Notes: a model not told the origin generated them from the letters alone. 64,000 nt of DNA from Christensenellales bacterium (GCA_040772545.1 JAXGXY010000004.1:25613-89612), one strand, 5' to 3'; positions 7,512-16,766 are shown, counted from the stretch's first letter. Translations and numbers: made by a program.

Positions 7512-8938
7512 TACGGCTTCCGGATTGGACCATCCCGGTCACCGACGCCTTCGCGCGCGCGGGCGTGGACCTTTACGTCGTGGGCGGCGGTGTGCGAAAC
7601 CCGCTCCTCGGCCTTGGCACCTCGGAGCTCGACATGTGCTCGGGGCTGATGCCCGACGGGCTGACGGAGCTTTTAAGGGACGTACAGGGCGTGCGCGCGA
7701 CGGTGATAAGCCGCGAACTCGGCACGGTCCGCATAGACGTAGAGGGCGCAAAAGGCCGATTCATAGAGCATACGGTACTCAGGACGGAAAACTACGGCGG
7801 GGGCGGGCACCACCGCCCAAATAGGGTAAAAACGGGGGTTTCGATCGAAGAAGACGCCGGCAGGCGCGATTTCACCGTCAACGCGGTCTATTACGACGTG
7901 GCGCGCAAAAAGGTCCTCGACCCCGTGGGCGGCCTCAAAGACATCGAAAACAGGCGGATACGGACCGTGCGGGAAGACACGCTGTTTGATGACGCGCTGC
8001 GCATCCTCAGGATGGTGCGCTTCGCCTGCGAACTCGGCTTCACGATAGAGGAAGCGACGTTTAAGGCCGCGGCCCGAAACGTCGACATGCTCCGCGACAT
8101 AGCGCCCGAGCGCAGGGCGGAGGAGCTCTCCAAAATCCTTTTGAGCGACGCGAAGTACGCCCCGCCCGAACAAGCGGACGGGGCGGCCTGCCTGCGCGGG
8201 CTGGAGCTTCTCAGGGACCTGGGCGCGCTTGAGTTTTTGCTGCCCCACCTCGAGGGGGGACGGGGGTTTTCGCAACCGAACGAATACCACCAGTACGACG
8301 TCCTATACCACAACTTCTATACCTGCCGCCACATGCCCCCGGTGCTCCACCTGCGCCTCGCCGGACTGCTGCACGACGTGGGCAAGCCTGAGGCCTATGA
8401 GCAGGACGGCAATTTCTACGAGCACGCCCGTGTCGGCTCGGCGCTTGCCGCCGGGATGCTGGGCCAGGACGGCCTGCGCTTCAAGAAGGCGCTCGTCGAA
8501 AGGGTATGCCTGCTGATAGAAGAACATATGTTCGACCTTGACGGCAGTGCGAAGGAGACCACGGTGCGGCTGCGTTTCGCGACGCTTGGCCTTCCGGTCG
8601 CGTGCGAACTCCTGTGGCTGCGCCGCGCGGACATACTGGGCTCGCGCGAGGGGAACAGCGCCGAGTTCTTCATCCGCAAATGGGGGAGCGTGCTGCTGGC
8701 GCTGCAAAGGGACGGGACGCCGCCTTCACCGGACGCGCTCGAGATAGGCGGCGAGGACATCATGCGGGTCTGCGGCCTCGGCCCCGGCGAACGGGTCGGC
8801 CTGATAAAAGAAAGGCTCTGGCGGCACTGCGTGTACGACCCGCGCCAGAACACGCGCGAGCGGCTCCTTCGGCGGGCCGTGAGCCTGAACCGTGAACTGC
8901 CGCCCGGCATGACGAAGAAAGCCAAAAAGAAGCGATAA
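7508..8938 (+). CDS. cca: CCA-adding enzyme / poly(A) polymerase-family tRNA nucleotidyltransferase with HD domain
   Basis: VVGGGVRNPLLG, RRDFTVNAVYYD and LLHDVGKP (HD) motifs. The TTG at 7508 overlaps the dapF stop. The track ORF start at 7307 lies inside dapF. Confidence 0.85.
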   Translation: MIRLPDWTIPVTDAFARAGVDLYVVGGGVRNPLLGLGTSELDMCSGLMPDGLTELLRDVQGVRATVISRELGTVRIDVEGAKGRFIEHTVLRTENYGGGGHHRPNRVKTGVSIEEDAGRRDFTVNAVYYDVARKKVLDPVGGLKDIENRRIRTVREDTLFDDALRILRMVRFACELGFTIEEATFKAAARNVDMLRDIAPERRAEELSKILLSDAKYAPPEQADGAACLRGLELLRDLGALEFLLPHLEGGRGFSQPNEYHQYDVLYHNFYTCRHMPPVLHLRLAGLLHDVGKPEAYEQDGNFYEHARVGSALAAGMLGQDGLRFKKALVERVCLLIEEHMFDLDGSAKETTVRLRFATLGLPVACELLWLRRADILGSREGNSAEFFIRKWGSVLLALQRDGTPPSPDALEIGGEDIMRVCGLGPGERVGLIKERLWRHCVYDPRQNTRERLLRRAVSLNRELPPGMTKKAKKKR

Positions 8939-8993
8939 TCGGGGCAACAAACCTCGTTTGCGTTTTGCAGGCCGCCGACAAACACGTCATTGG

Positions 8994-10161
8994 TCGACCT
9001 GTTTTCTATGTGGCGGCAGTATTTGCCGCGCACTCCATGGCAAAGTCCATCCCGAACAACTCCCGCAAAGCCTCGCCCGGACAATCCTACGAAGCCCCGC
9101 CTAAAACAAAACCTACGAAGCCCCGCCCGAACAACTTCCGACGAAGCCTATCCTGAAAAATCCCTGCAAAGCCCTACCAGAATGAACCCCCGCAAAGCGC
9201 AGCTTTGCGGGGAAGAGGAGGAGCAACGGAGCGGTGCGAAGAATCCCCGGAGAGCGCGGAGCGCAAAGGGGATTATGAGCGGAGCGAAGTTTGCTCCGAC
9301 GAGGGAGCGGTGCGAAGAATCCCCGGAGCGCGGAGCGCAAAGGGGATTATGAGCGGAGCGAAGTTTGCTCCGACGAGGGAGCGATGCGAAGAATCCCCGG
9401 AGCGCGGAGCGCAAAGGGGATTTTGAGCGGAGCGAAGTTTGCTCCGACGATGGTGCGAAGTTTGCTCCGACGAGCGAAGCCCAGCCAGAGCAATGCCCGC
9501 AAAGCCCCGCTTGGACAAACCTACGAAGCCCTGCCTAAAACAAAACCTACGAAGTCCCGCCCGAACAACTTCCCGCGAAGCCTATCCTGAAAAATCTCTG
9601 CAAAGCCCTACCAGAATGAATCCCCGCAAAGCGTAGCTTTGCGGGGAAGAGGAGGAGCAACGGAGCGGTGCGAAGAATCCTCGGAGCGCGGAGCGCAAAG
9701 GGGATTATGAGCGGAGCGAAGTTTGCTCCGACGATGGTGCGAAGTTTGCTCCGACGAGCGAAGCCCAGCCAGAGCAATGCCCGCAAAGCCCCGCTTTGAC
9801 AATCCTACGAAGTCCCGCCCGAACAACTTCCCGCGAAGCCTATCCTGAAAAATCTCTGCAAAGCCCTACCAGAATGAATCCCCGCAGAGCGCAGCTTTGC
9901 GGGGAAGAGGAGGAGCAACGGAGCGGTGCGAAGAATCCCCGGAGCGCGAAGCGCAAAGGGGATTATGAGCGGAGCGAAGTTTGCTCCGACGAGGGAGCGG
10001 TGCGAAGAATCCCCGGAGCGCGAAGCGCAAAGGGGATTATGAGCGGAGCGAAGTTTGCTCCGACGAGGGAGCAGTGCGAAGAATCCCCGGAGCGCGAAGC
10101 GCAAAGGGGATTATGAGTGGAGCGAAGTTTACTCCGACGATGGTGCGAAGTTTGCCCGACG
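8994..10161 (+). repeat. Type I hairpin-cassette repeat array (nested tandem repeats)
   Basis: There are three super-units, each with a CCCCGCAAAGC-nnn-GCTTTGCGGGG hairpin (9188-9212, 9622-9646, 9880-9904). These are followed by 3, 1 and 3 copies of a 74-bp unit, starting at 9236/9312/9386, 9669, and 9928/10002/10076. Boundaries are approximate. Confidence 0.9.
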
Positions 10162-10180
10162 CATTGGATAATGCTATAAT
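10152..10180 (+). promoter_or_regulatory. Candidate sigma-A promoter of the SBP gene; its -35 lies in the repeat terminus
   Basis: TTGCCC (10152-10157), 17-nt spacer, perfect TATAAT (10175-10180). GGAGGA RBS and the ATG at 10202 follow. Confidence 0.5.
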
Positions 10181-10201
10181 TTCCTAAACACGGAGGAAAC
10201 C

Positions 10202-11026
10202 ATGGTCGATCTGAAAAACATCGATTTTGTGAGACTATTCAAAACCGGCGGGAAAATACTCATCGCGGCAGTCGTGCTCGTGGTGCTGCTGCTGCTTTTC
10301 GGCGGGCCGGCGGAAGACGCCGGGGCTTCGCGCTTCGAACAGCTCCTGGGGCGCGGCGTGCTCCGGGCTGGCGTGAGCGAGGACATGCCCAAACTGGGCC
10401 TCTATACGAACGGCAGCGTACAGGGCCTGGAAGCGGACCTGGCCAGACATATCGCAAAGGACATCTTCGGCGAGGGAAGCGAACCGATGCTTTTGCCTTA
10501 CAACGAGCAGACGCGGCAGTACGCGCTGGATAACGGGGAGGCCGACCTGCTGATCTGCAGGCTGTCCAAAGCCGATGTCCCCGAGGACACGTACATCTTT
10601 TCGGACCCCTATTTCATCGACGCGGTAAGTTTCATGGCCAGGGACGGGGATACGATGACTCTCGAGGACCTCAACGGGAAAAAAGTCGCCTGTATCTACA
10701 ACGCCAGCGCGCAGGACGAGTTCGTCAGCGAGGTGAAAAAACGCGGGCTGACGCTGCAGGTGGTCGAATACGCGTCCTACCCCGAAGCGGTGGAGGCGCT
10801 GCAAAAAGGCGCCGTCGACGCCTTTGCCGAGCATACCCTCGTGCTCAGCAAATACCTAAAATCCGGGTACACGATGTCCGCCGATCGTTTCGCGCCGCAG
10901 GAACTCTGCGTGGCGGCCCTGCCCGGGGACGAGGAACTGATGCAGTGCGTGCAGGAAACGCTGCGTGCCCTGGAGCAGAGCGGACAGATGGGGGCGCTGA
11001 GGAAGAAATGGGGCCTGCTCGGCTGA
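10202..11026 (+). CDS. Family-3 solute-binding protein (amino-acid-type SBP), membrane-anchored
   Basis: N-terminal TM helix (ILIAAVVLVVLLLLF) followed by an SBP_bac_3-like body (GVLRAGVSEDMPKLG..GLEADLARHIAKDI..GEADLLI..DPYF). No permease or ATPase gene is adjacent. Confidence 0.75.
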   Translation: MVDLKNIDFVRLFKTGGKILIAAVVLVVLLLLFGGPAEDAGASRFEQLLGRGVLRAGVSEDMPKLGLYTNGSVQGLEADLARHIAKDIFGEGSEPMLLPYNEQTRQYALDNGEADLLICRLSKADVPEDTYIFSDPYFIDAVSFMARDGDTMTLEDLNGKKVACIYNASAQDEFVSEVKKRGLTLQVVEYASYPEAVEALQKGAVDAFAEHTLVLSKYLKSGYTMSADRFAPQELCVAALPGDEELMQCVQETLRALEQSGQMGALRKKWGLLG

Positions 11027-11074
11027 CGGTGAAAGCGCCATACTTTGGGAACACTTGGGGTGCAGGAGGAGAAC

Positions 11075-11986
11075 ATGTGCGCAAAGCTGAACCTAGCTTC
11101 AAGCGGCCGGTTCGAGGGAGAGGAAGGCTATACTGACGGCCCCGTGGAGGACGAACTCCTCTCGAGGCTGAGGGCGGGCGAAACGCCGGAGCGAATCATA
11201 GCCGGAGACGACCGTTTCCCCGTGCTCTACCATCTTTCCGAGGAACGCCACAACCTGCTCGGCTGGTTTCCCTTCGAAGAGGATGCCGCGCTGCTCGAGA
11301 TCGGCGCGGGGCCGGGCGCGCTCACCGGGCTGTTCGCCGCGCGCGTCAAAAGGGTGGTGGCGGTGGAACTATCGCGCCGGCGTGCCGATATCAACCTCGC
11401 GCGCAACGGCCGGTTCGACAACCTCGAGATCGTCGTCGGGGACTTTTGCGGGATCGACTGGGAAGAACGCTTCGACTACGTCACCCTCGTCGGCGTGCTC
11501 GAATACGCCGGGAGGTTCGGCGCGGGCGGCGCGGACCCCTACACCGGCTTTCTGCGCTGCGTGCGCGAGCGGCTCCTGCCGGGGGGCAGGCTGGTTTTGG
11601 CCATCGAAAACAGGTTCGGGCTCAAATACTGGGCGGGCGCGAACGAAGACCACCTTGGCGTGCCGTTCGCCGGGCTGGAAGGGTACAAGGACAACGTGGG
11701 CGTGCGCACGTTCTCGCGCGCGGAGCTACAGTCCCTGCTTACCGGCGCGGGTTTTACCGAGGCGCGGTTCTATCTCACGCTCCCCGACTACAAATTCCCC
11801 AGCGAGATCATCGCCGAGGACGCGGCGGACCTGCACGCGCTCGCGCGCGCCGTCCCCTACGGGATGGGGGAATACGCGCACCGTCTCTTCGACGAGGGCA
11901 GGGTGCAGCAGGACCTCGCGCGGCAGGGACTCCTGCCCGGGTACGCGAACGGGTTCCTCGTCGTCGCGAGCGGAGGTGAGGGGTAA
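11075..11986 (+). CDS. Class I SAM-dependent methyltransferase
   Basis: Motif I LLEIGAGPGALTG, VVAVELS and LEIVVGDF. GGAGGAG RBS lies before the ATG at 11075. The stop abuts the next ATG (taaATG). Confidence 0.85.
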   Translation: MCAKLNLASSGRFEGEEGYTDGPVEDELLSRLRAGETPERIIAGDDRFPVLYHLSEERHNLLGWFPFEEDAALLEIGAGPGALTGLFAARVKRVVAVELSRRRADINLARNGRFDNLEIVVGDFCGIDWEERFDYVTLVGVLEYAGRFGAGGADPYTGFLRCVRERLLPGGRLVLAIENRFGLKYWAGANEDHLGVPFAGLEGYKDNVGVRTFSRAELQSLLTGAGFTEARFYLTLPDYKFPSEIIAEDAADLHALARAVPYGMGEYAHRLFDEGRVQQDLARQGLLPGYANGFLVVASGGEG

Positions 11987-14900
11987 ATGCGGGTCCTCTA
12001 TGTTAAGTATTCGACCCTCAGGAAGAGGGAATACCGCATCTGCACGCAGATCGTGGAGCGGGACGGCGCGCGGTTGGTGCGCAAGGTGCCCGCCGTGCCT
12101 GAAGCCCTTGCCCACGTGGAGGCGATGGCGCACAACGCGCGGCGCATGCGCGAGCGGACCGTGGGGCTGACGGTCCCGCCCTGCACGGTGGAGGGCGGCG
12201 CGTTCGAGACGCCCTATGTCGAAGGCGCGGCGCTGGATTGCCTGATTACGGAAGCGGCAAAAACGGGCGGCGCGGGCGGCGTTTGCCGTATCCTGGACGA
12301 TTACCGGGAACTGGTAAGGGCCCAGCCGCGGGTCGAAACCGACCCCGGCGCCTGCCCCGGCTTTGCCCGGTGGTTCGGCGAAAGCGTGGGCAGGGCCGAC
12401 TGCCTCGCGCTGGGGATGGTCGACCTCGTGACCGAGAACATCGTGTGCACGCCCGAAGGAAGCTTCGCCGCCATCGATTACGAATGGCTCTGCGACTGCC
12501 CCGTGCCCGTCGATTACGTCTTCCACCGCGCCGTGCGCCTGCTGTACCTGCACCACCGGGACGTATTAGAGCCCGTGATGACTCCGGGCGAAATGCTCGC
12601 GAGGCTCGGCGTAAGCCCCGCTTCCTCCGCCGCGTTCGAAGCCTGGGACAACAGGATGGACGAGCGCATCCAGGGGGACCCGCGCCTGCTCCCCGTCCCG
12701 CCCCAGTACCTGCGCGACAAGTCCCGGCCCTTCGGCGGGGCGGGCAGGCTCTACTACGACACGGGGGAAGGGTACAGCGAAAACAGGAGCATAGACGCCG
12801 AAGGACCCCTTTACCGGTTCGAACTCCCGCCCGGCACGCGGGTGAGGGGCCTCAGGTTCGACCCCTGCGAGGGCGCGTACTGCGCCGCCGTGATCCGCGA
12901 GGCCTGGGCAGAAACCGACGGCGGGCGCGTCCGCCTGCGGTGCGTCGGCGGGAACGCCGCGCTGAAGGAAGGGGACGCGTACGTCTTTGCGACCAGGGAC
13001 CCGCAACTGCTGTTTAATGCGCCCGCCGGCGCCGTTTTCGCGGTCGGTATCGCGGCGGACGTGCGGCGGCCGGAAGCGGACGAGCTAGAACGGGCGCTGA
13101 AAGCGCAGCAGGAAGAGGCGCAGGCGATAGAGGCTGGTCATGGCCGAAACCGGCCGGCGGCGGAAAAGGGGAACCGGGAGCCCGGCGGGGCGCTCCTTCG
13201 GCCGGCGGCGCGCATCGAGGCGCTGGGCCATGGCCGGTATCGCGCGACGGCCCCCGACCCGCAGTTTTGCATCGGGCGCGGGTACGAGCCGGGCATCCTG
13301 CGCGTGGACTGGGCGGGGGACGCGGACTTCATCCTGCCGCTGAGGCTCTACTACGATACGGGCGAAGGGTTTACGGAAAACGGCTTCTTTAACGTCGGCG
13401 CGCTGGGCGCGGAAGCCAAAAGCGGGCATTGCTACCTCCGCCTCGAAAAAAGGGCGTCGCAGCTCCGCCTAGACCCCGGGGAAGGAACGGGCGATTTTAT
13501 TCTGACCGCTTTTTCGGTGACGCGCCCCGCCCCGCGGAGGCTGAAGCGCGACGCAATAAATGCGTACGCCGAGATGCAGGGCGTTCCTTTAAACAAAGCC
13601 CGCAAAGCGTATTCAAAAGACCCGCGCGCGGCGCTGCAGACGCTCATTGACCAGGGGTGCCCGGAGGTTTACGACCCGGAAAGAGCGTACCGCAGCTGGA
13701 TGCGGTACGTGGAAGGCGAAGCGGCGCCGGCGGGCGCGGAAGGGTCCGTGCGCATCTCGGTCGTGGTGCCGGTGTACGAGACCGGCGAGGCCATGCTCCG
13801 GGAGATGATCGGGTCCGTGCGCGCGCAGAGCCACGGGAACTGGCAGCTCTGCATCGCCGACGGCGGCAGCCGTTCGCCCCACGTGCGAAGGGTCCTCGAG
13901 GAAGCCATGCGGTCCGACGCGCGCGTACGCGTCGCGTTCCTCCCCGAAAACCGGGGCATCGCGGGCAACAGCAACGCGGCGCTGGCCCTGGCCGAAGGCG
14001 AATACGTCGCGCTGCTGGACCACGACGACGTCCTCGTGCCATTCGCCCTTTCCGAGGCGGCCCGCGCGATCGCCGGGCACGACCCCGACATGCTGTATTC
14101 GGACGAGGACAAGCTCACGGCCGACGGGAAGAGGCGGTTCATGCCCCACTTCAAACCGGACTGGGACGCCGAGCTTCTGCGCTCGTGCAACTATGTCGCG
14201 CACCTCCTCGTGGCCAGGCGCGCGCTGGTGGAGGCGGTCGGCGGTTTCCGCGAGGGTTTCGACGGGAGCCAGGACCACGACCTGATCCTCAGGCTCAGCG
14301 AAAAGGCTAATAAGATCGTGCACATCCCCAAAGTGCTCTACCACTGGCGGAGCCACGCGAAATCAACGGCCCTGCATGCTGGCGCGAAGGACTATGCGGC
14401 CGAAGCGAGGCGAAGGGCGGTCGGCGAGCACTGCGCGCGCGCCGGTGTCCCCGCGCGGGTGGAAACAGACGGGCGCTACGGCATCCTGCGCGTCCGTTAT
14501 GAGATCAGGCACCGGCCTTTCGTTTCCGTGGTCATAATTGGCGGTGAGGACGGAGACCTGACGCGCCTGAGCGCGGAGGCCGCCGCGCGCGCCGCAGGCT
14601 GGGACGATTACGAGATCGTCGTGCTTTCACGCCGGACAGGCCTGCCCGCCGGCGACGGGCGCGCGCGCTTCGTGGAATGCGCGGGCCGGGGCCGCAAAGC
14701 CGTGCTTTACGCAGGGGCCGAAGCGGCGAAGGGGAACGTGCTCGTGCTGATGGAGGCCGGCGTCGCGCCGGTTTCCGAAGGCTGGATCGGCGCGCTGTAC
14801 GAGCTTGGTCAGCGGGAGGACGCGGGCGCGGTAGGGTGCCTTCTGCGCTACCCGAACGGGGCCCTGCTGCACGCGGGCGTCGTGCCGGGGTTCATAGGCG

Positions 14901-15247
14901 AAAGCGGGTACGTGGGGGACAGGCGCCCCGCGGACGACCCGGGGTACATGGCGCGCGTCCTCTGCGCGCGCGAGACTGCGGCGGTTTCCGCTGCGTGCGT
15001 GATGGTCGGGAAAAGGACGCTGCTTTATGCCCTTCGCGAAACGGAGGGCGACGACCCGGGCGACGTGGCGCTCTTTGCGGCGGTACGCAGATCGGGCAGA
15101 CGCGTCTATTACACGCCGCACGCCCAATGCGTTTGGCACGGCGTGACGGCGCTCCCCGTACAGGGACCGGCGGACGTCGTCGATGACCCGTTTTACAGCC
15201 CGCATTTTACCCGCAGCGTCGAACCCTACAGGATCAGGGAAGAGTAG
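11987..15247 (+). CDS. Multidomain glycosyltransferase: kinase-like N-terminal domain, two copies of an internal repeat, then a GT2 domain plus a second GT-like domain
   Basis: GT2 signature ISVVVPVYETGEAML..IADGGS..NRGIAGNSNAALALAEGEYVALLDHDD. The N-terminus has an APH/kinase-like IDYEW motif. LYYDTGEG(Y/F)(S/T)EN...LR(F/L)DP.EG is repeated at nt ~12749 and ~13346. Confidence 0.85.
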   Translation: MRVLYVKYSTLRKREYRICTQIVERDGARLVRKVPAVPEALAHVEAMAHNARRMRERTVGLTVPPCTVEGGAFETPYVEGAALDCLITEAAKTGGAGGVCRILDDYRELVRAQPRVETDPGACPGFARWFGESVGRADCLALGMVDLVTENIVCTPEGSFAAIDYEWLCDCPVPVDYVFHRAVRLLYLHHRDVLEPVMTPGEMLARLGVSPASSAAFEAWDNRMDERIQGDPRLLPVPPQYLRDKSRPFGGAGRLYYDTGEGYSENRSIDAEGPLYRFELPPGTRVRGLRFDPCEGAYCAAVIREAWAETDGGRVRLRCVGGNAALKEGDAYVFATRDPQLLFNAPAGAVFAVGIAADVRRPEADELERALKAQQEEAQAIEAGHGRNRPAAEKGNREPGGALLRPAARIEALGHGRYRATAPDPQFCIGRGYEPGILRVDWAGDADFILPLRLYYDTGEGFTENGFFNVGALGAEAKSGHCYLRLEKRASQLRLDPGEGTGDFILTAFSVTRPAPRRLKRDAINAYAEMQGVPLNKARKAYSKDPRAALQTLIDQGCPEVYDPERAYRSWMRYVEGEAAPAGAEGSVRISVVVPVYETGEAMLREMIGSVRAQSHGNWQLCIADGGSRSPHVRRVLEEAMRSDARVRVAFLPENRGIAGNSNAALALAEGEYVALLDHDDVLVPFALSEAARAIAGHDPDMLYSDEDKLTADGKRRFMPHFKPDWDAELLRSCNYVAHLLVARRALVEAVGGFREGFDGSQDHDLILRLSEKANKIVHIPKVLYHWRSHAKSTALHAGAKDYAAEARRRAVGEHCARAGVPARVETDGRYGILRVRYEIRHRPFVSVVIIGGEDGDLTRLSAEAAARAAGWDDYEIVVLSRRTGLPAGDGRARFVECAGRGRKAVLYAGAEAAKGNVLVLMEAGVAPVSEGWIGALYELGQREDAGAVGCLLRYPNGALLHAGVVPGFIGESGYVGDRRPADDPGYMARVLCARETAAVSAACVMVGKRTLLYALRETEGDDPGDVALFAAVRRSGRRVYYTPHAQCVWHGVTALPVQGPADVVDDPFYSPHFTRSVEPYRIREE

Positions 15248-15273
15248 CCGCATGGCATCTCGTTGTCATCGAA

Positions 15274-15611
15274 AAACTCCCGGCTGTGCCGCGGGTTTCA
15301 AAAAAGCTTAAATGCAGGGGGTGTGGGGGATAATCCCCCACTTCCAATCCGATCTGACGACTCGCCGGAGCAAAATTTGCACCGCTCATCTTCGCGCGGA
15401 GCGCAAAGGCTCGCTCGCTGCGCTCCACCCCAAGCGGCAAGCCGCGAGGGGACCCCGGTTGCTCCTCCACTTCCCCACAAAGCTCCGCTTTGAGGGGGCC
15501 CCGGAGGCAGAAAAATGCCACATGGAGCGGCATTAAACCACAAAGGAAACCGTCGACAAGCCTCGAAGGGATTTGTCGAGGGCCAGAAACCCCCGGCTGT
15601 GCCGGGGGTTT
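15274..15611. repeat. Composite repeat: type II element (15299-15586) interrupted by a type I segment (~15362-15508), bracketed by a duplicated 25-bp hairpin
   Basis: AAACTCCCGGCTGTGCCGCGGGTTT (15274-15298) versus AAACCCCCGGCTGTGCCGGGGGTTT (15587-15611) match at 23/25. The inner ends align with the reverse complement of 62264-62425. The middle carries the CGGAGCAAA.. and CCCCACAAAGC..GCTTTGAGGGG modules. Confidence 0.85.
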
Positions 15612-15723
15612 ACGATTAATGGGGAATTGCTGTACCGGAAACAACGAAAACCAATAATGCCGCCGTAGCGGTAGTTCGCACAAGAGGAAGAACCGCCGCA
15701 GACATGCGCCGGATAAAGCCGCT

Positions 15724-16722
15724 TTATTCGACGGTCACGCCGAGATTCGGACGCGCGACGTTGATCCAGGTGTTGCCCGGTTGCAGCGGGACCTTCTTGC
15801 CGTCCGCATCGAAGAACACGGTGGGCGAACCGGCGCTCTCGCGCTCCCACGTTCCCTTAACGCACTTGCCGCCGCTGAGGATCCACGCCTCGCCCGAGCC
15901 GATCAGGCCGATGTTGATGTGTTTCTCGTCGATCATGCTGTGGTTCGCGAACTGCAAGACCACGTTCATGACCTGCACCTGCTCGCCGGTGTTGGCGTCG
16001 ATGAACGGCCGGGTGCCGTTGGAGCGCAGGTATGCGCCCAGCTCTTTGTCGTAGGTGTATATGGTCTTGTTCTCCGCGCCGTTGTAGGGGACGGTGAGCT
16101 TCAGGCCGCTGACGGCGTCCTCGCCCAGCCCTTTTTCGGAATAAAGGAAGGCGTGCGGGGCGGGTTCGTAGTCGTAGGCTTCCCGGTCTTTCCCGACGTC
16201 GGTATAGCAGTTGTGCGGGGCTTTTCTCGAATAATCCCGCCACGTGTATTCTCTGTCGGCGTCTATGTGCTTAATGCCCAGGGAACGGAACTTGACGTAC
16301 ACGTTGGACGCGTTGTTCCTCCCCTGCGGGCCGCCGATGTGCACGAAGAGGCCGTCGTACTCCTTGACGATGTCGAGGAAATAGACGCGCGCGCTGCGCA
16401 CGGGCCCTACCTTCTCGGGGAGCTTGTCGTTGAAGACCGCGATCAGGCGCGGGATACGGCCTTCCGCTTCCACTTCGTACACGATGTCCGCGTCCTGTAT
16501 CCCCGACTGCGGCCTTGCCGCCAAAACGTTGTCGATGGAAACGATCACGGGGAGGTAGGCATCGTTGCCGGGCAGCCCTGTCGTATAGGAAACCGGGCCG
16601 GGCGTCGGCGTGGGGGCAGGCGTTGCTAAGGGAGAGGGGCTGGGCTCGGGCTGGGGTGCGCACCCGAGCAGCAAAGCGGGTATGAGCAACACAAAGACAA
16701 GGAGGGGGAAGAACCTTTTCAT
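15724..16722 (-). CDS. DUF3048-domain lipoprotein (YerB-like)
   Basis: Signal peptide plus lipobox MKRFFPLLVFVLLIPALLLGC, a Pro-rich linker, then LPVIVSIDNVLAARPQSGIQDADIVYEVEAEG, which is typical of DUF3048. The alternative upstream ATG is at 16761. Confidence 0.8.
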   Translation of the reverse strand: MKRFFPLLVFVLLIPALLLGCAPQPEPSPSPLATPAPTPTPGPVSYTTGLPGNDAYLPVIVSIDNVLAARPQSGIQDADIVYEVEAEGRIPRLIAVFNDKLPEKVGPVRSARVYFLDIVKEYDGLFVHIGGPQGRNNASNVYVKFRSLGIKHIDADREYTWRDYSRKAPHNCYTDVGKDREAYDYEPAPHAFLYSEKGLGEDAVSGLKLTVPYNGAENKTIYTYDKELGAYLRSNGTRPFIDANTGEQVQVMNVVLQFANHSMIDEKHINIGLIGSGEAWILSGGKCVKGTWERESAGSPTVFFDADGKKVPLQPGNTWINVARPNLGVTVE

Positions 16723-16766
16723 AAGGACTACCTGCTTTCCATATGAGATTGTGAAGAGCATCTATA

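Noticed and set aside
9236-9310. Hammerhead-like look of the H2 unit (UAUGAG-stem-ACGAGG).
   Set aside because: The core does not match CUGANGA...GAAA, and no plausible three-way junction or cleavage site could be drawn. I did not recognise twister or pistol signatures either.
9230-10130. Possible CRISPR array, given the regular direct repeats.
   Set aside because: The 74-bp units are contiguous with no unique spacers between them. No cas genes or leader are present. The repeats are much longer and more structured than CRISPR repeats.
9113-10187. Many 60-120 aa ORFs on both strands inside the repeat array (e.g. 9796..10116 +, 9805..10104 -, 9291..9590 +). The same occurs at 2673..3119.
   Set aside because: They are open only because the DNA is GC-rich and repetitive. 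The 74-bp repeat period is not a multiple of 3, so successive units change frame. Overlapping ORFs exist on both strands, and there are no RBS or start contexts.
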